A DNA stretch of 64,000 nucleotides, taken from assembly GCA_963844715.1 (NCBI GenBank), contig CAWJPJ010000006.1, positions 768,001 through 832,000 on the forward strand. The letters are read 5' to 3'. Position 1 is the first letter of the stretch; each line of letters opens with the position of its first letter. Below the pieces are notes generated by a model. The model worked only from the letters and a program-made list of their open reading frames with translations. It ran no database searches and had not been told where the DNA came from. Below are positions 19,032 to 29,705 of this stretch, piece by piece. This DNA comes from an uncultured Phycisphaerales bacterium. Lineage in GTDB: Bacteria; Planctomycetota; Phycisphaerae; Tepidisphaerales; Tepidisphaeraceae. The position numbers and the translations under genes are program-made.

Positions 19032-20771
19032 ATGATGGAGTCTTTGGATCATGCGAGGGCGTATTTGCAGGCGGGCCGATTGGCTGAGGCGGAGCGCGCT
19101 TGCCGGGGAGTTTTGGAACGGGAGAAAGGGAATGCGGATGCGCTCCATTTGCTGGGGATCGTTCTGTTTAAAACGGGGCGGGCAAAAGAGGGAGAGGGGT
19201 TCGTACGCGAGTCGCTGAGGGCGTCACCGGGGCGCGGGGATTTTTATTGCAATCTGGGGGTTTTGATCGCGGAGGAAAAACCTTTCGAGGCGGCGCAGCT
19301 TCTGCGCAAGGCGCTGGATTTGCGGCCCGGAGATGCGCAGACGGCGATCAACCTGGGCGGGATTCTGGAGAGACTTGGGAGGGTGGACGAGTCGGCGGCG
19401 GTGCTAAGGCGGGCAGTGGACATGCGTCCGGATTCGGCCGATGCGCGATTGAATCTCGGAAATGCGCTCAAAGAAATCGGGCGGATGGAGGAGGCGATCG
19501 ATCATTACCGACGCGCGGTGGAATTGGCGCCGGCGGACGCGGAGCTGCATGGAAATCTTCTGTTCATGCTGCATTTTGATTGGCGCTGCGGGCCAGGGGA
19601 ATTGCTCGCGGAGCATCGGCGGTGGGCGCAGCGGCATATGGAGAAGCTGAAGCCGACGGCGCTCTCGTTTGAGAATGATCGGAGCCCGCAGAGGCGGTTG
19701 CGCGTGGGGTATGTGTCGGCGGAGTTTCGGATTCAGCCGGTGGGCCGGTTTATTTTGCCGCTGCTGGCGGCGCATGACAAACAGGGTTTTGAGATTTTTT
19801 GTTACGACACCGGGTCTGCGCCGATGCGTTTACGGCGCGGCTGCGGGCGCACGCGGATGTCTGGCGGGAGGTGGGGAAACTCTCGGACGAGGAGATTGCC
19901 CGGCAGGTTCGCGCGGATCGGATCGATATTCTCGTCGATCTGAACATGCACCTGAGGAGCGGGCGATTGGGGGTTTTTGCGCAAGCCGGCGCCGGTGCAG
20001 GTGACTTATCTGGCTTACACCGGGACCACGGGGCTGGAGACGATCGACTATCGGATCACCGATCCATATCTCGACCCCGCCGATTCGGATGACTTTTATT
20101 CGGAGAAGTCGGCGAAGTTGACGCGAAGTTACTGGTGCTTTCAGCCGGTGATGGATTTGGAAGTCTCGGAGCTGCCGGCGGAGAAGACCGGGTATGTGAC
20201 ATTCGGGGCGCTGAACAATTTTATCAAGACAAGTCCGGCGGCGCTGGAGACGTGGGGGCGGATTTTGGCGCGGCTGCCCGGATCGCGGCTGATGATTTTT
20301 ACCGTGGAGGGCCAACATCGGAATCGGCTCCGGGAAATGTTTGGGAAAATGGGGGTCGAGGGGGAGCGCGTGGAGTTTGCGGGGAGAAATTCGATGGGAG
20401 AATACATGAAACTATTCCATCGGATTGATATCGCGCTGGATTCGTTTCCTTACGCGGGGGGAACGACGAGTTGCGACGCGCTGTGGATGGGCGTGCCGGT
20501 TGTCACCCTGGCGGGCAAGACGGCGATTGGGCGCGGCGGCGTGAGTATTTTGAGCAATATCGGGCTGGGGGATTTGATCGCCGGGACGACGGAAGAGTAT
20601 GTCGAGACCGCCGTGAAACTCGCGGGGGATCACGGGCGGCTGAAGGAATTACGACGGACCATGCGAGACCGGATGCGGGCGTCGCCGCTGATGGATGCGA
20701 AGGGATTCGCGGCGGATATGGAGAGAATTTACGCCGAGATTTGGAAAAAATGGTGCGCGGGAGGGGATTGA
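19032..20771 (+). CDS. TPR + GT41 (OGT/SPINDLY-like) glycosyltransferase (2 frameshifts)
   Basis: TPRs; RLRVGYVS, IDILVDL, KPAPVQ, LNNFIK, DSFPYAGGTTSCDALWMGVPV. Confidence 0.92.
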
Positions 20772-20812
20772 TTCGCGCATCGTCGTCTGGTCCAATTCCG
20801 GTTGAGGTGCGA

Positions 20813-21465
20813 TTGAGCGTCGTCGAAGCTACACCTGCGCGAAAGGCAACGAAACTCGGCGTGGCGGTCGTTTTAATCGGGCTGCTGGCGTGGTTCGTGG
20901 GGGCGAATTTCGGGTCATGGAAGGATCGGTTTTTTCCGCGCAAGTTTCGGGAAGTCGATCCGGGGATGGTGTATGCCAGCGGGCAGATCAATCAGCATTT
21001 AATCCGGCAGGTTCTGGTCGATCACAAAATCAAATGCGTGATTTGCCTCGATCCCGACGATCTGAACGATCCGGACGTCGCGGCGGAAGTGGCGGTTTGC
21101 CGGGAATTGGGGATCGATCGATTTGTGTTTCCGCTGCGCGGGGATGGGACCGGGGATATTCACGAATACGCGGACGCGGTGGCGCAGATCGTGGCGGCGA
21201 CAAAGGCGAATGAGCCAGTGCTGTTGCATTGCTCGAGCGGGCGCAGAGGTCGAACGGGGCGACGTTTTATTATCGCGTGCTTGTGGAGGGGAAGCCGGCG
21301 CAGGATGCGATGGAGGAAATGTTCCGCAACGGACACAACCCGGCGGAAAATACGCTGCTGATTCCTTATTTGAACGAGCATATGGGGGAGATGGCAAATT
21401 TACTGGTGGAAAAGGGAGTGATCGCTTCGGTTCCGAACCCAATTCCTGTGATTCATTATCCTTGA
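20813..21465 (+). CDS. Membrane-anchored protein-tyrosine/dual-specificity phosphatase-like protein (frameshift ~21241)
   Basis: FREVDPGMVYASGQ, PVLLHCSSG(AQ)RS CX5R loop. Confidence 0.8.
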
Positions 21466-22388
21466 ATGGCGGAGGATCCGGTGCAACAAGTTGCATCGGC
21501 TTCGCTGATCGCTTGATTTGCTATACGGCGGTTGCCAGGCCGGGTTGTGGGGGGAAAGGTGCGCATTGAGACCGGGGCTTGTTCCTGGACTTCCAGAGTG
21601 GTGACCTGGAAGGAGGCGAGATGGGCCTGGCCGAAGGAGGTTGTGATGGCGACGTCGGTGGCGTCCCGGCCTCGGGCCATGACAATGCGGCCGATGCGGG
21701 GCATGTTGTGGCGGGCGTCGAAGGAATACCACTGGCCGTTGAGGAACACTTCGGTCCAGGCGCTGAAATCCATGGGCATCGGGCAGAAGGGGACGCCGAT
21801 GTCGCCCAAATAGCCGGTAACGTAGCGCGCGGGAATATTGAGGCAGCGGAGCATGGTGATAAGCAAGTGTGAGAAATCGCGGCAGACGCCGCGGCGTTCC
21901 TGGTAAACGTCGTAGGCGGTTTTGGTGGCGCGGGCGTGCTCGTACCCGAAGGTGACGTGGTTGTGGACCCAGTCGCTGACGGCCTGGACGCGCGGCCAGC
22001 CGAGGGGCGTGTTGCCGAAGAGGTTCCAGGCGACGTCGGAGAGCCGGTCGGTTTCGCAGTAGCGGCTGCCGAGCAGGAATTGGATGGCATCCGGCGGCAG
22101 GTCGTCGATGGACCACTGGTGGGCGGTCGGATTGACGGGGTCGGGGATGCCGGAATCGCGGACCATGTTCTCCAGCCACAGGTGGAGACGGCCCGGCGGG
22201 GCGAGAATTCGGCCGCAGCGGTTGCCGAAGCTGTCGGTGAAGGTGGAAATGGGCATGAAGGGATCAGATTGGATTCGCTCGGGGGCTAAAAGGCTGTTGG
22301 CCCGGCTGGGATGCGTGTAAAGCATCAGCAGCATGGGCGTTGGGGCGAAAAGATCAAAAACGAGATCGAAGCCAGTGCGAATCAACAT
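21456..22388 (-). CDS. Transglutaminase-like protein
   Basis: SRYCETD, GVCRDFSHL, PARYVTGYL, DFSAW, GRDATDVA. Confidence 0.92.
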   Translation of the reverse strand: MLIRTGFDLVFDLFAPTPMLLMLYTHPSRANSLLAPERIQSDPFMPISTFTDSFGNRCGRILAPPGRLHLWLENMVRDSGIPDPVNPTAHQWSIDDLPPDAIQFLLGSRYCETDRLSDVAWNLFGNTPLGWPRVQAVSDWVHNHVTFGYEHARATKTAYDVYQERRGVCRDFSHLLITMLRCLNIPARYVTGYLGDIGVPFCPMPMDFSAWTEVFLNGQWYSFDARHNMPRIGRIVMARGRDATDVAITTSFGQAHLASFQVTTLEVQEQAPVSMRTFPPTTRPGNRRIANQAISEADATCCTGSSAIQG

Positions 22389-22487
22389 AAGTGCGACATC
22401 CCTTCGCTAAACAAATCTCTTGCTTAATTGGTAGCGAACAGTGTACCAACGGTGGAAAAAAGGGTCTGCGCCGCAATCCGGGTTTTT

Positions 22488-23642
22488 CTAGGAAAAAATT
22501 CGCTGGATGAGATCGGATAAGACTTTATGTGAATCAAAGTGGTGCTGGGCTATCTCGCGGGCGGCTGCGGCATGATGAGAGGGGTTTTCGGCGATTTTGT
22601 TCAGAGCCGCGGCCGCATCATCGACGCAGGTGAATGGGAAGAGCCCGTCGCCGGTGGGGAGCCATTGTTCGAAACCGCTGGCCTGGGTGACCACGGGCTT
22701 CCCGCTGGCTAAATAGGCAGCGCTGCGGTCGCTGAACCAGCCACTAGGCAAGCCCGCGTAGATTTCCTTGGCAACGGTGAATTCGCCCGCACTATCGGCG
22801 ATGAATTGCGCAAAGGAAGGACAACTGAGCGTTGCCTGGGCGGGATCGACGATTTTCCAGCCGGCGTTTGCAAATTGCAAAGCAGTGGGTTCAGGCATGG
22901 CGAGCATGCCGAGGACCATTTCCCATGGGACACGCTTAGGCAGGTCGAGGACCTTCATCCACTCGACGCCTTTGCTACTGTGAAAGCGCTTACCGTCGAA
23001 TTCGAGATTGCGATCAGAGGTGTGCTCCCATTTTCCGATGGTCGTGAATGTTTTGTTCGTGGTGGGCCGGACCGGCCAGTGATCCAGGGCGATGGGCTGG
23101 TTGGTGGGGATCCAGTCGAAGCCATGGGAAGGAAGCGGGCAGGCGGGCGTCCCGATGAGCCGGCCGAACGTGGCGATGCGATCAAACTGTTTGTAGTAGT
23201 TGAGGAAATCGGCGTCGTGGCGCATGCGAAGCTGCGTGAAGACAGGGTCGGTGTCGATAACGGCGGTGCGTTTGGGGCGCGGGCGAGATTCGCGGATCGG
23301 GGTGACGCCGCTGACGCAGAGGAGGAGATCCGCGCGGGCGAGAAGAGCGTTTAGTTCGTCGCGGGTTTGGCCGTAGTGTTTGTCTTCGAATTCGGAGTAG
23401 TAACAGTAGCGAAGAGGCAGGCCGTAGTGTTTGAAGGTGCGCTCGAGATACTCGCGGCCGTAAGTGGAATCGGCGCCGCATTGCCAGGTGAGAGGGTTGT
23501 AGGGATAGGAGTAAGAGCCGCTGTCTTCGAGAAACCAGACTTCGTGGCCGAGTTGGTGAAGGCCGAGGAGATAGTTGAGGTGGTGCCAGGTCATGCCACC
23601 GAGGGGATAGGCGATGATGTAGCCGCCGACCACAATAGTCAT
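22488..23642 (-). CDS. Uncharacterised GT-B-fold glycosyltransferase-like protein (paralogue 1)
   Basis: PLGGMTWHHLNYLLGL, IDTDPVF, SGWFSDRSAAYLASGKPVV, AAAREIA. Confidence 0.8.
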   Translation of the reverse strand: MTIVVGGYIIAYPLGGMTWHHLNYLLGLHQLGHEVWFLEDSGSYSYPYNPLTWQCGADSTYGREYLERTFKHYGLPLRYCYYSEFEDKHYGQTRDELNALLARADLLLCVSGVTPIRESRPRPKRTAVIDTDPVFTQLRMRHDADFLNYYKQFDRIATFGRLIGTPACPLPSHGFDWIPTNQPIALDHWPVRPTTNKTFTTIGKWEHTSDRNLEFDGKRFHSSKGVEWMKVLDLPKRVPWEMVLGMLAMPEPTALQFANAGWKIVDPAQATLSCPSFAQFIADSAGEFTVAKEIYAGLPSGWFSDRSAAYLASGKPVVTQASGFEQWLPTGDGLFPFTCVDDAAAALNKIAENPSHHAAAAREIAQHHFDSHKVLSDLIQRIFS

Positions 23643-23648
23643 GAGTGG

Positions 23649-23772
23649 GAAACCCGAAACCAGAAATCCGAATGACGAATCAAATCCGAATGTCCGAATG
23701 ACCGAATGAGTGCCATTCGGGCATTGGGGCATTCGGGTTTGATTCTGGTTTCTGGTTTCGTCATTCGGGATT
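23649..23772. repeat. Family B hairpin inside an operon
   Basis: about 55 nt nearly identical to the 11384 copy; fills the spacer between the two GT paralogues. Confidence 0.85.
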
Positions 23773-23775
23773 GTC

Positions 23776-24964
23776 TCAAATGTCGTCGATCATTTTAGTA
23801 AGCACTCGATCCGGCGCGAGATATTCTCGCGCAATTTCATACGCGGCGGCGCGGTGGATTTCCGGGTTTTCCGAAATTTCCTTTAGGCCTCGGACGGCTT
23901 CTTTCATTGTATTGAACGCTATGACCCCCCTGCCGCTGGGGATGAACTTGCTCCAGGCGGTGTCCTGGACTACCGCGGGTCTGCCGGCGGCCAGGTAGCA
24001 GGCGGTGCGGCAACTGAACCAGCCGGAGCGGGTGGCGACGTAGATGTTTTTCGCGACGGACCATTCGCCGGCGCTTTTTTTGATGAGGGATTGATAGGAC
24101 TCGGGGGTGAGCGTTGTTTTGTGGGCGTTGAGGAGTTTCCAGCCGTCGCGGCGGATGCGGGCGTTTGGGGTTTTGGACCCCCCTACCGCCAGCGCGAGGG
24201 GCACATCGGTGCGTCTGGGAAGATTGTGGAATTTTCCGTACTCGAAGACTTTGGTGAAATAGCGACTTCCCTTGTGAACGACGCGGCCTTTGTACCAGTC
24301 CCAGGTCATGATGGTGGTCATCGGGGCATTTTTGGGAGGCGGAGCGGCGCGGATCGCGGACCACTCGGGGAGCGTGACCACGCAGCGGGTGGTTTTCCAA
24401 TTGAAATTGCCGCGCGGAACGCGGCAGTCGCGCTTGCCGATGTTCTCGGCATACGTGAAATGCTGGTCGTGGGCGGCGACCATGTCGGCCCAGCGGTCGA
24501 CGTTGTCGTGCCATTTGAAACGCTCGACGAGCATGATCTGGTTGTAACCCGGATCGGTGTCGAGAAATATTTTGGTGCAGCGCGGGGAGAGGTCCTCGGG
24601 AATGATGCAGGCGCCGCTGACGTTCAGAAAGATGTCGGCGGTTTTGGCGAATTTTCGGAAAGCCTGGCCGGACATGCCGAAGTGTTTGTCGTGAAGAAAA
24701 TAATAGTGCCACTTTTTGGCCAGTTGCGGGGCATGAGTTTTGAAAAAGTGGGTCAGGAAATTGACGGTGTAATCGGGTTTATCGACGGGGGCGCTGGACG
24801 GGATCGTAAGGCCAGACCCAGGTGTCTTCGTGATAGACGACGTCGTGCCCGAGTTCGTGCAGGCCGAGGAGGTAGTGGAAATAATCCCAGGCGACGCCGC
24901 CCAGGGGGAATTGGCCGACCATCCCGCCGACGATGATGCGAAGTTTTTGGGATTTTTTGGTCAT
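23776..24964 (-). CDS. Uncharacterised GT-B-fold glycosyltransferase-like protein (paralogue 2; frameshift ~24790)
   Basis: PLGGVAWDYFHYLLGL, LDTDPGY, SGWFSCRTACYLAAGRPAV. Confidence 0.8.
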
Positions 24965-26767
24965 CCGGCGGCAGTGGGCTGTTGGAGCTTGAGTTGCTGC
25001 CGGGCCATGTTGAAGTAGACGCCGCCGCGCGCGACGAGCTGGTCGTGGCGCCCGGATTCGACGATGCGGCCCTCGTCCATGACGAAGATTTGATCGCAAT
25101 CGGCGACGGTGCTGAGGCGGTGGCTGACGAGAATGATGGTGCGGTGCTTTTTGAGTCGGCCAAGCGTTTCGATGATGAGGGCCTCGTGCTGGGGATCGAG
25201 GGCGCTGGTCGGTTCGTCGAGGACGAGGATGGGGGCCTCGGTGAGCAGAGCGCGGGCGATGCCGATGCGCTGGCGCTGACCCCCGGAGAGATTGCCGCCG
25301 CTTTCGTCGATCAGAGTCTCGTATTTTTGGGGGAGTTTATCGATGAAGATATCCGCGCCCGCGATTTCCGCGGCGTGGCGGATTTGCGGGAGGGTGGCCT
25401 GGGGGCGGCCGTAGGCTATGTTTTCCTTGACTGTCGTGGGAAGAATGAGACTGTCCTGAAGGACCAGCGCAACGTGGGCGCGGAGGTCGACGATTTTGAT
25501 TTTGCGGAGGTCATACTGGTCGAGGCGGATGGCGCCTGAGACGGGATCGTAGAAACGGGGGATGAGATTCAGCAGCGTTGTTTTGCCCACGCCGCTGGAG
25601 CCGACGAATGCGACGAGTTCGCCGGGTTTGATGGTGACGTCGATCTCGCGGAGCACGGATTCGCCCGGGCGGTATTCGAAGGAGACCTTGTCGAACGCGA
25701 GGGTGCGAGGCTGGCGCGGGAGGCGGACGGCATCGGGGGCGTCCTTGATGACGGGGTCGCGATCGAGCACTTCGAAAACGCGCTGAGCCCCGGCAACGCC
25801 GCTTTGGATGCTCGCGCCGCTGCCGCTGACGGCTTGGAGGGGCGCGTAAACCTGATTGACATAGGCGAGAAAGGGATAGAGCGCGCCGATCGGTAAACGC
25901 CGAGTGGAGGATGAGCCAGCCCCCGTAACCGAAGATGAGGGCGTAGCCGATGCCGAAGATGGTGCCGACGGTGAGCCAGTAGAAGGAATCCTGCCAGGCC
26001 TGGCGGATATTGGCGCGGTTGCTGTTGAGGACGGAATTTTGGAACTGAGAGAATTCATCAGCTTCGCGCCCGAAGGCCTGGACGAGTCCGATCGAGGCAA
26101 CGGAACGCTGAATGACCGTGGTGAGTTTGCTGTCCACGTCCTTGGCTTCGAGCCAGCGGCGCTTGAGGGGGCCGGCGAAGAGCTTGGTGACCCAAAGGAG
26201 AAGCGGCGCGACGGACAAAGTAATCAACGCCAACTTCCAATTGATCTGCACCATGATGACGGTCATGAACAGGAGCGTGCAAAGGCTCACGACGATACTG
26301 TTGACGAAAACGGTGAGAATGGTCTGAAAACCGGTGGCGTCGTAACTGAGACGATAAATGGCGTCGCCCTGAGGCTGGGATTTGTGATAGGCAAGGCTGA
26401 GCTGCTGGAGTTTTTCGAAGAGATCGCAGCGGACGCGCATGAGGCCGTTGTATCCGATTTGCACATTGATCAGGCGCTGCGCCATGGCCAGCAGTTCCTG
26501 GGCGATGCGCAAGCCGACGGAGAGACCGGCCAGAAGAAGGACCTGGCGCAGGGCATGGTGATCAAAGCCGAGGGCGTGGGAGAGGACGACGAAGGCGCGA
26601 GTGCCCCAGGTGTGGTCGAATTGCCCGAGGCAGATAGTGATGAGAATTCCAACCAGGAGCGGCTGGACGACGTTGGCGAGTGTGGAGAAAGCGATGAGGA
26701 CGAGCGAGAGGATGATCAACGGGAGATCATCGCGGAAATAACGGAGGGCTCGGAGGTAGAAGCGCAT
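24961..26767 (-). CDS. ABC exporter, fused permease/ATPase, MsbA-like (frameshift ~25885)
   Basis: TMD plus GSSGVGKT, LSGGQRQR, LDEPTSALD, SHRLST. Confidence 0.93.
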
Positions 26768-26785
26768 GAATTCGATAGTGATCGA

Positions 26786-29431
26786 TCAGGCAACGGAGAG
26801 TTCGCCGTCCTCGTCGAGGGCGTCGCCGGGTTGCGGGACGGCGGGCATGGGCTGAGCCGGCGCCGGTTCGGGCGGGAGGGGAATATATCCCGCCTGCTCC
26901 GCCGCATGGTCGATCAGCCCCAAAACTGGCACGGTCACGCGCCGCCGATTGACCAGGTACATGGCCCACCAGGCCAAGGGTATTAAAACAGCCGGACGAC
27001 TAAAGGGCCAGAGATGCAGGAGCAGAAGTCCGGCCAGAATGAGGGCCCCCACCATCAGGACCTGGCCAAATCGGCTTTGCAATAGCTCGACGCGCACGCG
27101 CGTAAGCATGCCTTTGCCATGGTGATGTTCCGTGGCGGTGGTGAGGCGGACTTTAACGTAGCGGGAGCCGTAGATTTCCAGGTCCCATTCGCCCCAGCCG
27201 CTGTCTTCGCGCATGCGCCAGCCGACCTGGCGGACCTCACGGGAAATTTGCTCGAGAAGAGGGAGGCGATCCTTGTAATCGCTCCAATAGCGCAGGATGC
27301 GCTGGTCGGCGGGATCAATAGGGAGGGGCGTGTTCCGGTTGTAGCCGCGGGCTTCATTTTTGAGAATTTTGTTTCGCAGCCGGACGCTGTAGCGGGCCCA
27401 GCCGCGCGTCATGGGCTGGCGGAAATGCAAAAAGGCGATGAGGAAGCACGAGAGAGGATGACGATGCCGCGGCATGGGGGCCTGCCAGGCGGCGACGAAG
27501 GAAAGAATGATCGGCGTGACGAACATCAGCGCCGCCACGATCAGAAGCGGGAACCAGGCGAGCCCCAGCAGCGTGACGAACATGCCCAGCAGGTGCCATT
27601 CGACGCTCATCATCATCATGGCCAGCATCGAAGCGGGCCGGCGATAGATGGTTTGGAAGAGGCCGGTTCCGAAAATGCCGTGGTAGATGACGTCGGTTCC
27701 GACGCGGACGCCGATGGAGTCGCTGCCGTATATTTTTCCGCGCCAGTGGCTGGCGCCGAGCGTGTTGAAGCGATCCGGATGTTTGTATTTGAGAAGGGCC
27801 TCGGCTTCGCCGTAGCCGCGCTGCTGTTTGAGATAGGCTTTGACGGTGTTGCGGCGATAGTGCCAGACCTGCGCGGCGGGCGAGAACCCGATGGACCGGC
27901 CGGCGTTTTGGATCCGCCAGATGAGATCGACGTCGTCGCCGGCTTTTCGGAACTGGGAGTCGAAGCCGTTCACCTGCTTGAGGACTTTCGGTGTAGAAGG
28001 CCATGTTGCAGCCGGGGACGTGCTCGGCGGTGCGATCGTCGATCATGACGTGAGTCGGCCCGCCGGGCGAGAGGCCGACGCAATCGGCGATCCAGGAGCC
28101 TTCGTCGGGGATGAGATTGGGCCCGCCGATGCCGGCGTGGCCGCTGCGAACCAGGGCGAGGGCGAGGTAGTAGAGCCAATCTTCGTCGGCCTCGCAGTCG
28201 CTGTCGGTGTAAACGACAACGTCGCCGCGGGCGGCATTCATTCCCACGTTGCGGGCGTAGGAGAGGCCCTTGTTTTCCTGCTGGATGTTGCGAACCCACG
28301 GGAATTCCTTGAGAATTTCCTGCGTGTTATCGGTGGAGCCGTCGTCGACGAAAATCACTTCGTAGCTTGGATACCGGAGTTTGTGCAGGGACCGCAGGCA
28401 GGAGCGCGACGGTGCTGGCGCCGTTGTAAGAGCAGACGACGATCGAGCACATCGGGCAGCTCGACCTCGGCGGTTTGCGGAACCTTGGCGAAAAGCCCGC
28501 GCAGCGCCGCGAAGGCCGGCTTGGGCTGGCGGTCGCGCGTGGTGACGCCGAAGGCCCAGTCGTCGACCTGATAGCCGTGGGTGAACCAGTCGTCGGTGAA
28601 GCTGAAGATGAAGGTGCCGGCCAGGCCCTCATCGAAAACGGCGCGCACGTGGGCGCAGAGAATTTCGGATTGCTTCTGCGGAGAGAATTCGCGGAAGGTG
28701 TCGATCCCGTATTCGCCGAGCATCAGAGGCTTTTCGCCGGCGATGTTTTGCAGGCGGGCCAGATAATTTCGGAATACCTGCTCATCGTGCAGGTAAACGT
28801 TGAAGCAGACGAAGTCGATGCCGCGGGGATTGACGTATTCGGTGGTCGGGAAATTGGCGAAGGTAGCCAGGCAGTCCGGGGCTTCTTCCTTCACGGTTTC
28901 GACCAGGTCGTCGATGAATTCCTCGATTTTGTCGCGGCCTACGAAGCGGACGATGTCCGGGGGGATTTCGTTGGCGACGCTGATCGCGAAAATGGCGGGA
29001 TGATTGCCGCAGGTTTGGGCGGCTTTGCGGACGGTGTCGTGGGCGTGCTGAGTGAGTTCGCGGTTGCCGACGAAGGTGAGGTTCTTAGCCCAGGCGACGT
29101 CGAGAAAAATCTTCAGGCCCATTTCCTGCGCGAGATCGAGGAACCAGGGGGGCGGAAGATGGTAGATGCGAAGGCAGTTGACGCCCAGATCGAGCATCTG
29201 CTGGAAATCGAGGCGGACTTGCTTTGGATCAGGCAGAGGCTCGCCGTCCTGGCCGGGTTTGAAGGGGCCGTAGGTGACGCCCTTCACATAGAATTTGTCA
29301 GCTCCGAGGCGGAAGAATTTGCCGTCGCGTCGGACGCGATTGGTGATGGGCTGGATGACGCGATGGCGGCCGCCCTTGGGACGGCGGGTTTCCGCGGGTG
29401 CGGAAGATTGAATGGTCGCGCGGGAGAACAC
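26786..29431 (-). CDS. Clan GH-A (GH2/GH5-like) TIM barrel - GT2 - TM fusion protein (frameshifts ~28405 and ~27988)
   Basis: VKGVTYGPF, VANE, LGEYG; SIVVCSYNG, VDDGSTD, TDSDC, GCNMAF, GDDVD, QQRGYG; C-terminal TMs. Confidence 0.88.
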
Positions 29432-29705
29432 GGAAAGACTTCCACTCCTGGTGGCCCGATAAATTCAGGGCATTTAGCCCGCCACCTTCATATCAAATTC
29501 GGCCGTTCCCAGCCTATTCTAGATCAGTTTCCGCGGTGGGGCTATGCAAATCATGCCGCCGACAACGGATATGATAATAGACAACCAATATGAGGGCGTG
29601 TTAGGAAAATGTTATCGACTTGGTTCCACAGGTACGTCCGATAAGTAAAGGAGCGGATCGAGGGACGACTGAGGGGTTTGAAAATCGTTTATGATCGCCG
29701 CGCGC

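Noticed and set aside
23643..23732. N-terminal extensions in the ORF track (also 11367-11453)
   Set aside because: They are read-through translations of the family B repeat; the real starts are more likely 23642 and 11366.
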